Positions 12,159-25,500 of a stretch of 64,000 bases of DNA are shown here, one piece after another. A program made the position numbers and the translations under genes. Where the stretch lies: positions 1 through 64,000 of the forward strand of contig JBEWZL010000265.1 of the NCBI GenBank assembly GCA_045837725.1, in the 5' to 3' direction. How positions within the stretch are numbered: the stretch's first letter is position 1; every line of letters starts with the position of its first letter. The DNA comes from Vermamoeba vermiformis (taxonomy: Eukaryota). The notes beneath the pieces are model-generated. The model saw only the letters and a list, made by a program, of their open reading frames with translations. It searched no databases and was not told the origin of the DNA.

Positions 12159-13788
12159 CTATTCATCGTCATCAGACGAATCGTCCTTATTATTGTTTTT
12201 GCCTCCAAAAATCTTGGAGAAAAATGATTTCTTTTCTTTTTTATCCTCGACTGTGCGCTCATCTTCGTACGTCTTAATAATGGTCTTCATCTTATCGTTC
12301 GCGCGTTGCAACTCCAACTCCAACTGACGAACTTTTTCCTCCAAAGCAGTGACCTCGGGGCTCTTAGTCTCATTATTGTTATTATTAGCGTCATCTTTCT
12401 TCAAGAAATGTTGCTCCATTCGCATGATAACGACGTCGCGCATAAATTTCATGTCTTCGTCTGCGTATTTGTGTACAAGGCCAATAGCTACGATTCTCAT
12501 ATTAAGACCCTTTGGTATAAAATAGACAGAATCAATGACTTACCCGTGTCATTGAGCTCTAAAATGATATATTTGCCAGTCTTTCTGTCGTGCACGAAAT
12601 CTAAACCGAGAATATCGAGACCTCCGAATAACTTTGCGCACTGTACACGAGTCAGTAAATTATTCGTATTGCACGGTAATAACAAACGTTTAAAAGCACT
12701 TACTTCGTCAGCCCACATTTTGAATTCATCAGTCAACTCGTGATCTTCGATGATCGACTGATTGCCGACATTGCCTTTCCAGTTCGCACTCATACGCTTA
12801 AATACTCTATAGTGGGACCTATATACTACAGTTAATATAAGAACGCAATAGGAGAAGAAATAACGCGTACCCGATCTTCTGAACACGACCGTCCCAATCC
12901 CAATCAATGAACGGTTCGGCCGTGGAATAATCGCCGTGCAAGGCAATAATTGAACGCACGTCCATGAGTTCATTTTGATTGTTAACTTTCATCTTGCCGT
13001 AGCCCGCGTGACAATGGCCCACCTTGAAAGTTCAAGTCAGACGCGCTTATTACGGCCGTGCAAATAAGATTTAAAGCTTACCTTAACTACGACTGGAAAA
13101 TCAGGAGTGAACAACAAGTCTCTAAATGAAGAGTAATAGTTCTGTTCGATCAGCGGGAATTTATCTTTGCCGAGGCGCTTTTGAATTGACGCAAGTGCAC
13201 CATAAACAAGAGGCCTTTCGAGGCACATATAAGCTACGAATAAATTAGATTAAAATAAGCAAAATTAATAAATTTTAAATGAAATTAAATCTTACCCGAT
13301 AAAGTGGAATTGACACCGGGAATGTTCGCGTGCATCAGCGCGTAGAGTCTTTGATTAAGAATTAGATACGATGATATATTGCTTTCTTATAATTTTCTTA
13401 CAAGTTTTTGCTGTTTTGGCCGTGAATGGACCATGTCACACTTCGCAAAAGCAAGAAGTCAATCTGAAGCAAAATTTAAAATTGGTAAACGAACATAGTA
13501 TATTGATTCTAACATATATTTCGCGTTATTTAGATGTAATAGAAATTATAAAATTAACGTTTAGCTTACCTTGACCGTTCTATCGTTCATCTGGGAAGTA
13601 CCAGGGTGAGGTTTATCGGCCTTCTTTATAGAAACAATTACACCGTCCTTAGAATATGATACCAAGCTGCAATCAGGCCATTCGCACTGTTCTATGACGA
13701 TTTTCTCATCGCCAAGCATCGCGCCCTCGAAGATCGAGTACCAATTCAAATTACCTTGGCATTCGATTACTAAGACAGTTTTGACCAT
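12159..13788 (-). CDS. Synapsin-like ATP-grasp protein with C-terminal coiled coil
   Basis: FPLIEQNYY, FPVVVKVGHCHAGYGKMKV, STAEPFID...RVQKIG, NWKGNVG, FGGLDILGLD, YIILELND. Confidence 0.85.
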
Positions 13789-13997
13789 GGTAGTTATGTT
13801 GTGTTATTGAGTCACTTTGATCGCGAAATTAAGAAAGTCAGAACGCTCACCTTGGTTCGTTGAAACTAAATTGACCAATCGGTTGAAAGTTATTTTGGGC
13901 CACGACAGGAGATTTCTGCTGAATATTCGATCTATGTTTTGCGTGTTGGTCCAAGAGGAAAGCACACTAAAGCTATGCATTTATTTTGACGAATAGC

Positions 13998-15472
13998 ATG
14001 CTCAAACTGTGGATTTTGGTTGCCGTAGCGATCCAAACCGTGATCGGCACCGCTGTGGTAGAGATCTCGCATAATGCGACTGATATTGATAGAGAATGCA
14101 GTCCTGGATTTTTTAGATGCGGTGGATTTGGTGTGCAAGGTGTTTGTTGTCAGAACACGCAGCTGTGTTGTCCGGGAGCTGAATTCGCAAGTTGTTGCGC
14201 GGGAGATCAGCAATGCATGGGCCTTAATACGCCATATCAATTATGTTGCTTGCGAGGAAGCAGATTATGCGGTAATTTATTTTTAAATATTATTTTATTT
14301 ATTTAGATCTTTTTCGATTGTTTTGTAACCAGCAAATCAAAGCTGTTCGTAACATGATCATATTAAATATTGTATTACTACCGTGAATAGTTAATTACAT
14401 TATTATTCCGGCGAACAAAAAGTCGGTTTGCGCGGGCCGTGATCAACTTTTCCAATCCAGGCAAATAAATCCACTGGGTATCTAACCTCTTGTTTATAGG
14501 TGGCACATGCTGTCTCGAAAATCAAATTTGCGACCTGTCCTCGGAAGTGTGCTTGGACCACGATCCCGGGCTCCAATTCAACAAAAACCTCGCGCACAAG
14601 TTTGTAGTCTATTCCTTCATCTCTTATTGTCTGCCTGGGCTGAATTTGACATCGTGGGACTGTTTTTGGTGCAATGAAGTGCCCAAAGTCGACATAATCG
14701 CGACAGCAGCCGATGCAGATTCGGATACATACGCCTTCGTTGGTCTGAACAGTGCTGAGAAGCTCATCGTTGTATCGTTTAGAGGCACGTGCGACTATGA
14801 AAACATTATGACCGACACAAACTTCATCAAAACGCGTCCATACCCGAACAATCCTTCTCTTGAAGTACATCTCGGATTTTACAACGCGTACTCTTCGATC
14901 TCATCCACAATACTAAAAGGCGTTACGGAGGTATGCCATAATATACTAATACCTATATTAGCATAAGCACATGCTAACAAAGAGTTCTATAGAGTTTAAA
15001 TTATTGCCCGAAGTGTCGCATTGCGATCGTCGGCCACAGCCTCGGCGGTGCTTTAGCAACACTGGCTGCCTTTGACTTGTCTGAAATCGTCGATCAAAAG
15101 CAACTCTATGTGTTCACGTATGGATCACCTCGCGTTGGCAATCAATTCTTTGCTCAAGTGTATGGAGTACGCGTGGCTTCAACTTGGAGGTTTGTTCACG
15201 CAGCAGACCCTATTCCTCATTTGCCAGGAACTGACGTTAGTAAGTGCACACGAATCGCTCATAGTAGAGGCGATACTAACTGATTAATCGCAGATTTCTG
15301 GCACGTGTCCACCGAGATGTGGATTCGAAACGACACTTACATTGAACAGTGCGAAAGTGTCGGAGAGGATCCGAACTGTGCTGACAGCTTGTATATTTGG
15401 GACTATGACTACGGCTTGTCAGATCACAGGCACTACTTGGGCGAGTACACGAAGGATGCGTGCTCGTGTTGA
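13998..15472 (+). CDS. Secreted class 3 lipase with Cys-rich N-terminal region
   Basis: Signal peptide; VSFRGT, VHLGF, GHSLGGALA nucleophile motif, TYGSPRVGN, DPIPHLP, DHRHYLG. Confidence 0.92.
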
Positions 15473-15564
15473 TCTTATCCTCCAAAACTGTAAATATTTC
15501 GCAAAATGTATATAAACTTCGATTCATTTAATTTTAGTTTATTTTTGGTACGTACAAGTTGATT

Positions 15565-18500
15565 TTATGTGAACAAACGAACGGTCGAATCTGATCCTGA
15601 GCTGAAGATCCAAGGCTGAGTAGGATGGAACATAATGTTCAAAACACCCAAATCATCAACGATCTGATGGCCCTTTAAGATCTTCAAGGGCACAATCATC
15701 GGGTTCTGCAACAAATCGTTGTAGACCATGCCGTGGAAGACGTGAATGTTGCCGTCGTCAGAGCACGAGGCGAACAAGGGGAATTGATGGTGGTAGGCAA
15801 CGGATCTGACTGCCAACTGGTGATATCTCAACACCTTGTAGGGCTTGACACCAAAGTCGAGGTCAAACCAAACAACGCGCTTGTCGTATGATCCAATAAT
15901 AACGTTATCACCAGCAGGGTGGATGTCCATTGACGAGATCCACTGCACGTTCGAAACCAACTTCTTGAACAACTGTTGCTTAGCCAAGTTGTAGACACGA
16001 ATGTGCTTTTGAGTGGCAACGAAGAAGAAAGGCTTGGAAGGGTGGAACTTGACCGTCTCGACGCGACCCTTGTTCTTCTTGAAGGGGCTTTGAGTCTGTC
16101 GTTTGCTAATGCTGTGAATCAACACGGCACTGTTGTTCGCGTCCGGGCTAACAGTGGCCAAGTAGTCACCTTTGTGGTGCCACGTGAGCTTCTTGAGTGC
16201 GTTCTTGGACTTGTATCGGATGCGAAGTCTGTAGCCCTTGTCGTCCCAATCGTCAACGTTAGGCTTCCTCCATTCAACCAATGATTGAACTAAACGATTA
16301 TTAGCACGAGCCATTTCACGCAAAACGGTAATTATGAACTTACTAGCTTCAGTGTTGCTGCTTTCGTCGGACAAGAACAACTTGGTAGTGTTAGCGGTTT
16401 GAGTCTCGTTGCCGAAGCCAGGTTCCACGACGAAAAGCTCGTCTTCGCTGTTATTTAAAGTGTTACTATTTGGCACGTATCAAAAGGCTGCGCAAAAACA
16501 TAAAAAGAATTTCAATACAAGGTTGTTTTATCAGAGAAAGTTAGAATCATAATTTATCATTCTAAGAAAGGCAGTATACTTTGATCATCATTAAAAACAA
16601 CCAGTGTATCGATTTGGATAGAAGTTAATCAATAGCAGTCAAGGAACGCATCCGATCGAGTTTTGGATGTGCTCCTTCTTGACGAAAAAAAATATTGTGG
16701 GATAGCACCCTCGACTGTCACCATTCGTTAAATATCGATAATATAGTAAAATTGAGCGTCAAGGATGCCTCAGTGTTCAGATGTGCTTGGAAAGTTAAAA
16801 AAGAACGCTACTTACGTTGCGACGGCAAAGCAGTGTAAATTAACATTAGGATTCCATTCAACCACGAGAACAACGTCGGGGAAAGTCCATTGTCGCATGC
16901 AACGGCCAGTTGAGACCTCCCAAAGACGAACTGTTTTGTCGTCGGATCCTGTTCACCAATGGACATTAGTACGCATTCAAAAATGGAGCCACTAGAATGT
17001 GCTCGATCGATTAAATATAAAATTGACGTATTTCTACTTACCAGTGATCAACCACTGACCAGACGGATCGACCGAAATAGATCGAACACGATCAGTGTGA
17101 CCCAAGTATTGAACAGATTCTTGTGTAGGGAAGGGTTTCAACTCTTCAGGACGAGGCAACTTAGGCACAAGAGATTGAGGATCGATTTCGAGCTTCTTTC
17201 GCTTGCTTCGGGTCGCCAAGTAAAGATCCAACAAACGATTGAAACGCTCGACCTGCAAGCGTGAGTAAGCAGGAACGTGACGTAATCGGTCGTATCTATA
17301 ATAGTTATATCAAAATTAGTATATACCTAGGATGTGCTGGGGTGTGCTATCAATACTCACTTTTGTGGCACGAAGTCTTGGTGTCGCTCTTCGGGATCGC
17401 TGTTTTTCCATTGGTCGAGTTCATTATCGTCGAATAAGTATTCAGATGGAGGGTTATATGACTCAGCATGACCTATAATGCAAAAATAAGTAAAAGCACT
17501 GACGCACACTCGCCGCAGATCCGTGGATCATGCGTGATCCGTAAAAACTGTATTTCGCAGTAAATAATACCTGGAAGTTTTTGTTTAGGAGCCGGCAATA
17601 TTTCTCGTCGCTTTTGGTCGTTAATATTGTCGTCCCAAATAAGGAAGAGTTGTGGCTCTTTTTTCTCTTCTTTCTTGTCCTTGTCTACCTTGATAATACC
17701 CTTCTTAATAGCCCAAGACAAGTATCGAATCTACATAACATGTTAATAAGATTGCACGCGATGGATTCTATCGAGGTAAGGCATTGCGTTGAAATCTGGA
17801 CTTACTCTCTTGGCTTCCCATTTGGAGGGAATAAAGTTATCTTTTCGTGCAGGCTTGTTAGATACGGGGTGAATATGATCGTCGTGGTCGGTCAATCTGA
17901 TAAACCAGTTCTCAGGCTCGTAGCGATCCGGAGCTACACCTCGTCGGATTCGCTTGATCATTTCCATTTCACGGTCTGAAATAAATACACGTCGACCCAA
18001 ACGCTCGTCGTAAAGTGTTCTCCTGCAATATTGTAACCGTTAGTAATCGTTAAAAAAAGTCATAGTTTGATTAAATGAGTGCACGATCCAGGATGCACAC
18101 GAAATTGTTTGTGGCTACTTAGAGCTGTGTAAAAATATTTAACATACCAAGCAGTAGGATCTTCGTTGGTTTCAACGAATTGATCGATTTTGTCAATGCC
18201 AACGCGTGGCTTAGCGATCTTCTTGCCTTCTAGATCGTATCCGACGTGGTCGTATTCGTCGTACCACTCTAATGGAACGTTTCCGATAGTGCTCAACGTG
18301 CGCTACAAGAAAAATGGTGTTAGAATCCGAACGAAGGCTAGTCAGATCTGATGCGAAATCTTCGATCGCGATCTTGGATGTCAAAAATGGAGGAAATAAA
18401 TTGGCTGCACGCCCCAAAAATATGCAATATTTTTCTTGCGTCACTTACTTCATTTTCTGAATCCTCACTGTCATAATTCATTGAGCTGTGACTGGATGCG

Positions 18501-19001
18501 TCATTGAACTCGTTGTCGTTTTCATTGTCTGAGTCATCTCTAGTATCTTGCTTAATATAATCTTGAGTAACTACAAAGTCCTCAACGTCGCTGTGTTCAA
18601 CAGCTTCGTCTTCGGCATCTGCGTCGTTTTCATTGCCTGCAGATGGAACGTTTTGTGCTTCATCATCAGAGTCAGCTTGAAAAATAATTATTAGTATACC
18701 ACGTAACAATAATTCAACGCGTGTTTGTGACAATTAGCAAGTTGATAACGTTTTTGGATTTGCGATCAGGATTAGATCTGAAACTAGTAAATTTGTTTAA
18801 TTTATTCGAGCAAGTATAGCAATTATAGGCACTTTCGAAACATCAATGCACGAAGAAATTACAGCCAAAATAAATTTATAAGCTCGAATTATTATAGTTA
18901 CCTTCGTCAACGTTATTTAATTGAGGAAATGCATCTGCTTCTTCAATTTCTTCAGCTTCTCTTCGCTTTCGCTTTTGTGCGAATGTACCCTTCTTCTTCA
19001 T
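15565..19001 (-). CDS. BOP1: Ribosome biogenesis protein BOP1/Erb1
   Basis: [53 protein letters not shown]40 repeats, [26 protein letters not shown]. Confidence 0.96.
16521..16602 (-). ncRNA. Intronic box C/D snoRNA
   Basis: Minus strand GGTTGTTTTTA-ATGATGA (box C)...ATGA (D')...ATGATT (C')...CTGA (box D)-TAAAACAACC, with a 9-bp terminal stem, inside BOP1 intron 16448-16815. Confidence 0.85.
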
Positions 19002-19565
19002 CTTTGAATCCTGTTTCAAGGTTTGGATTAGCCAACTGCGATCCAAAACGAGATGCGAGGCCACTCGCGATGACGATAACTTACTATAATAATATATTAC
19101 GGACACCTGTTGTTATGAGTCGCAACAAGCACAAAAAATGCGGTTCTGGTGTCCGGCAAGTATTTTTTCAATTGACCGCCATTTTTTTCTGAAGCTCACT
19201 TTGCACCACCACAAATATAAGCATCAATTAATGGTACCGAGCGTTCATTAATAATATTATAGTGCCATAAAATTAAACAGGTAAGCAACACTCGTTTTCT
19301 GTGCGATCGGCCGAAATAAATTTATGTGTATCGAAATACTTCCTAGCCACAATTTATATCAATATAATGTACTATAATCCCAATAATTTATCGTAGAGCT
19401 TGTTTATCGGCCCAATCGAAATTTGTTAGCAAAGATCGAGGTTTGCATTTTCCATTAATTAATGTATGGATTAATTTAATTAAAACGCAAAATATATTAC
19501 TAATATCGAATATGCGTATTTTATAGTAGTCGCGTCGGTGCATCTACTAACAATTTTCTCTAGAG

Positions 19566-22500
19566 ATGAAGATACACGTGACTTCGTCTTCTCTGCAGAA
19601 GCTAGAGACTATTCTATTAGAAAAGTACAGCTACAAACGATTAGAAGAGAAAGTACATAAAATATTTCCCAAGAAGAAGGTAACGCGATCCACCGTAGAT
19701 CATGGCTGGTTTTACTAAGCTCTTCAGGTTGCTGCGATCCGAGACCTTGAAGGAAATAATGTACGTGACCTCCCTGAAGATGTAGTAAAGAAAAAGGAAG
19801 AGTGGTACGCCGTGGTCTTGTTGGAGAACGAGTCGTTAGGTACGGTTAACCATGCACATTTTTACGCGCTGAAAGTTGATTGTGCGGAGCGAATGAAACA
19901 CAATAACTTATCGTTCATTGCTAGATGCGGCTCCCGTTGTCAAGTTTAGCGAAGACTTCGTTCCTGATCCGAGTAAGTCGTGCTGTACGTCTTGTCATTC
20001 TCGTTGCTTACCTCGATCTCAGAAATGCTCGTCGACGGAGGCGTCACCGAGTACGACTTCGTGACGGCCCTGGCGGAGATTATCGATAACTCTATTGAAG
20101 CTATGCTCGAGACAGACGAGACACCAGCCTTGTCAATCAAGTACGAGGGCGACGCGCAAAAAAATTACATTATCATTCGCGACAACGGCAAAGGCATGCT
20201 TCGTGATGATGTTATTAAGTGGGGCACGCTAGGTTTGAATAGTAAACAGTAAGTTCGTTATCTTCATCGTGTCACGGCGCTAACTTTGATCAAAGGCGCG
20301 GTGTGAGCATGATCGGTTGTCCTTACCCTCTGTATTTGTGCGGGCAATTCTCTCGATTTGGTGTTGGCTCTAAGAACGCTGCTTTCTTCTTGGGCGATAA
20401 TGTTACAGTTGAGTCGAAGAGCAAGAACTCAAGAAGCATTCACAGCGTGTCTTTTCAGCGCGTAAGTAGCACAATTAGTTATTACGACGGTACTAAGTCC
20501 CAATAGGCCCTTCTAGAAACTAGACGAAAAAGTGCCAAAGAAGATTGGTGGAAGGACGACGTCACAACTACTCCAGCACCTGTCGATAAGCAGGATCTAC
20601 ATTATACCGAAACAACTATTACAACGTTGAAGCCACAATTCTTAAGTATTTTACCAGACACAATGGATCGTAAGTTGGTTGGACTTATTTTATTCAATTC
20701 CAATGTTGACTGTATCATTTCATTTCAGAATATCGTGCACGTCTCGAAGAAATCTATCACTATTATGTTTTTGGTCCAAATGGTGCTCACCCAGCGTCAC
20801 TTGAGAAACTTCATTTCACACGAGTTGATATTCGATTGTCAGAGCGCAATTCAAAGTTCATTCAAGAGCTCGCTAACTGTATGAAGTCAAACCCTGTAAA
20901 AGAGAACTATTTCTTCCTCACTCCAGCAAATGGTATGTTATCATATCTTATCTGTACGATCAACTGACTCTGGATTCAAGGAATGGAGGTGCTTGACAAC
21001 TTAAGCGACGAAGAGAAAGAAACTTTTATGCAACACCACATTGCTATTTTGCCAGGAGAGAAAAAACAAAAAATGACCAAGACATCATTTGCACCACTTA
21101 TGAAGGCACAGAAGACTTTCAAAACAATTGCTGGCTCCACCATCACAGTGGTTGTTGGTGAAGCAGTAGAGCTTGGAAAGCGATTTCACACTACAACAAA
21201 CAAAATCAATTTGTTTGCAGCCTTTGGAGAGCCTGCAAAATATGTTTCGCCAGCTACTCCTAAGAAAAATGACAAAAAGATTGAAGAAGAACTTTGGTAT
21301 ATTCCAATCTCTGAGCCACTCTATTGCCCTGCTTATCAACCTGTTGAAATGCACTTAATGCAAGTTAACATAACACGCTCTCCTAGTCCCTGGGATCGCT
21401 TTGGAATGTACCAGCTGAAAAGTCAAGCGTAAGTCTCCGTTCTTTGGTAAAATTTTACTAATAGCCACTAGTGAGCTTCGCTTTGAAGTGCCTATTGAAG
21501 CTGATGTCCCAGTGAACTACACTCAAGCTGATGTTAGAGAAAATGACAAAGTTCGTTGCACGTTCCGCTTTCACATCATGTACTTCCCACTACAAGAGAG
21601 CGAAGGAAGTGATGTACGCCTTGAAACAAATCCTGATTACTATGATGATCAAGGTGCCCTGCTCAATCCTCCTACAACATACTGGTTTTGGAATGGTCGG
21701 TTGATTCCAAGAGCAGCACTTGATTTTTGGGCCATATTCAAACAAAAGAAAGACCAGAAAAACATTCCAAAGGAGTGCTTCTCAGTTAGAACGCGCATCT
21801 TTGCATTCATTGACTCTTCTATTGGTGTTGCTAAGAACAAGGTCTATTTGGACTTGGAGTCACCTCTCCTTAAAGAGCTTATTGCCAGCAATAATAAGAG
21901 GAGGAATGTCGAAGACGTGCAGAAGTTTATGGAGTACTGTCACATGCGTTATGACCTGGAAGCTGAATGGAGTGGGCCTGGAGTTCTCAATGAAAACAAA
22001 ATCTACTACTCAAAAGTGATGATGCAAGGCAAGGCAATTGAGGTAATTGTTATCCATAAACATAAATTTGTTCTAATTGGTTTCTAGAAAGGAACAAAGG
22101 TCAAAGTAATGAATCCCAAAAAATTTGGCTGGGTTGAAGCATTGTTTGAAGATGCAGAAAGCAACAGAAGACCAAAGATGGCAAGAATAATTCCATGGGC
22201 TGAAAACCGTGATGAAAACTCAAAACTTGCTCGTACTGAATATTTGGAAGTTCTGCTGTCAAAAATCAGCATTCTCACTCAAGAACAGTGGGAGGTCGAG
22301 GTTGAAAAGGGCCGTGAACAATTTGGAAAGGAGCTTGTGTTTTCTGATATTGTCAAAGGCAGTCAAGCAGAGCATCCTGTTTGCTTAGTCTGTCTATGCC
22401 ATGTGAAAAAACGTGAGCTCAAGTGCAAATCTTGTAAGGCTCACTTTCACCGCTCTTGCTACACAAAACCACAAAAAGAAACAGAAGCTTACAAAGAGAG

Positions 22501-25500
22501 CTTGGATGATATTGAGAATGCTAAGTAAGGATATTAATCAATAACAAAAGTTTGTGTTAACTTTTTACAGGTTGTGGTGCTGTGATGACTGCATTGAGAA
22601 GGAAGACATACAAGAATATTTCAAAACAGCCCGTTGTGGACACACTTTCAAGGAGATGGCAGTTACTTTGCTTGACGATAAATCCAAGCCAAAAGCAAGT
22701 CAGAATGAGGTTGTTTGGCAAATTTTGGATCCTGCTGGCCATGAACACCGTTCATACCAGGATGTCAAGCAGTACAAAAATACGCAAGAGTATCGTGGCA
22801 AATATTATATCCGAACAATAATGTTCCCAACTCCAGGTACAAATTCCCTCTGGCGCCCACATGATTAGTAACCTTCAATCTTTAGGCATTTGGACAATGA
22901 AGGCCTACCTAAAGAACTGCCCATCCATTCAAGGAATTGCTTCTATCAAGGTGGTTTCAGGATACCCTGTTAAGTTCCATGAATCCAAAATCACAAACAG
23001 TGCATGCAGAATTGGAGAAGAGATTCATAATATAAGCCTTGTTTGTGTTGACAAAGCTGTAAGTTCTTGACATGAGTTTGGTTCAGCTCTAACAAATTTC
23101 CAGGATCATCCTGTCAGATTCCTACCAAATCACCCTCCTACCAATTACACTCTCAAAGTGTTGAATTCCCCTCATATCAGTGTGGAGCCTGGCCACTCAT
23201 TGACAGTGAATGAAGAAGGAGAGCTGATTCTTAGTGGTGTTATTTTAGAGGGCAGCATTGAGGACTCTCAATCAGTCATTCTCTCATGTTCATTAGCAGA
23301 GGAAAATGAGGCCATGACTTGCTTAATTCGTCTCACATTGCAAGCTGGCCCACCTTCAACAATGGAAACAGACTTTAAGCAAGGATTAGTAATTGATAAT
23401 TACTCATTTTTGCCCAAGTTCACTGTCCATGTCTATGATGAATATGGCAATCACATCAACAATGAAGAAGAATATCATGTGCAAATTGGACTTCCAAACC
23501 CTGTGGAGTTTTTGGTGCAAGATGGCATAGCTGAAATTGACTTAGAGCAGAAGGATGTGCGCATAGAATGTTCTTTCAAGGGTAAATATGATTATGTTAG
23601 CTCAAACAATTTCTCACACATGTGTAGACATGGATGCCAGTGAGGAAATGAAGATTGAAGTCAAACTTTTAAAGACAAAGAAACCACGTGGACTCCTTGA
23701 AGTTGAAGAGGTTGAGCCAATTGAATGCCTGTTCAGTGTGAGGCCTTCAAAGAAACCTCATGCCCTCAAGCTTTTCACTCAAGATGGAGAGCAATTGGTT
23801 GCAAAAGGTGCTGTCATAGCTGGCTCTGGACTGAAGCTTGTTGGACAAGCAGAGGAGCTTGTGCAACTTTTTGGCCAGTTTGTCAACGAAAGCCAAATGA
23901 TCATTGCTTTAGATGAAGTTCCAGCAGCTACTTTCAACTTCTCCAAGCACTTTGCCTTCACACATATGACCTTTGATCAGCTGCAAAAGCAATGCAAAAC
24001 TCCTAGTGAATGGAAGCAAAAGAACATGTTTTTGTTGCCTACTCTTGCTTTGCCATCAAGTACCTTTGATAAAACCAAAGGTGAAATTCAAGTCATGTGT
24101 GGCAAGAAGTTGACTGTGCAACTTGAATTCAAAGTTCTTGCAGGCAAGTCCAAGATGCTTCACTTGTAAATTACTGACACATTTCTCAGCTCCTCCCAGT
24201 CAATTTGAAGTCAAACTTCCTCCTCACCTACAGTGCAGCAAACAATTTACAGTGGCATTAATTTTGAAGGATAAGTTTGCAAACATAGTTGCTCCCAATG
24301 ACCTCTCTGGGTATGTAAAGTAATGGAGATGGGGAATTTCTGGCTAACATATATTAGTGAATTCAAAGATGAGCTGAAAAGCAGCTTGAGCTTTGTTTTT
24401 GGAGAGGGATTCCAATATGAACTTACTCCCACCATTGACTTTAACCCTGACCATGTTGTACTTGCAAACATGCAAATTGATGTTGTTGGCAGACACCAAG
24501 GTTTGATTAAACTCAATCTTGGTGAATTGCAAATGCAACAAGCTGTGATGTTAGATGTTGGGCATGGTATGACTACACGTCATTTTTGATTTCCTTACTA
24601 ATCATATTTGTAGGTGCACCTGCAAGTTTACAAATCAATGATGATAGACCCCTTAGTGGAAGGCCAGATGGGGTTTGTCAGATTAAAGCAACTCTAGTTG
24701 ATGACCAAGGCAATGTTTGTGATAAGTTCCAAGACATTGACCTTGAAATTTCTTCAGTTTGCTTTGTCACCAAAAAATTTAAAACCAAACTGATCAAAGG
24801 AGTGGCGCACATTGATGTGCCAATTAAGAAGATTAAATATGGCAACTACCAAGTAATTTTTGAGGCACAGATTGGCTCTAGTGAAAAGATCTCCACCCAA
24901 GTTGATCTTGAACTAGAGAAGTCTAATGCTGTCCAAAAGCTTGAGTTAGTGAGACCTATTGAAGTTATTCCTGCTGGATCAACTTGGAGATTCCATGTAA
25001 GCTTGAAGCTATACACATCACTATCTTCTAACGTATTCTAGATTGGAGTTGTAACTGAAGATGAGCAAGCACTTCAAAGAGACACTTACAGCTTTAAAGT
25101 TGTAATTTCAAATCCAGCTTTGGTGGGATCTGATATTGAGAACATTCTGAACATCACTCGAGAAGAAGATAACAAATTTGTTATTGATGTAAGTTAATCC
25201 CTACCTGCACCTTGAGCTGATTGTACTTCAGATGGACAAACTTGAACGTGCTGGCCAATACACTATGCATGTTATTTGGGATGAGCAAAGACTTGAACTG
25301 TAAGAATTGACCAAATCATTGCCCATCTAACATTGAACGACAGACAAACCAACATTCCTCCAAAGATGACAATTCCAATTGTTGTTAAACCCTTGGCAGC
25401 AACAGCCCTCAGACTTAGTTGCCATTGTGCCACTCCTTCGTTGCACCAAGACAACATATTGTATGCTTTTGTGCAATCATTCTAGGCTAATTTTTTGTTA

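Noticed and set aside
12306-12743. 145-aa plus-strand ORF
   Set aside because: Antisense shadow of the synapsin-like gene with no motifs.
18740-18860. Second C/D snoRNA in BOP1 intron 1 (TTGATGT...CTGA)
   Set aside because: Degenerate box C, weak terminal stem and no recognisable guide.
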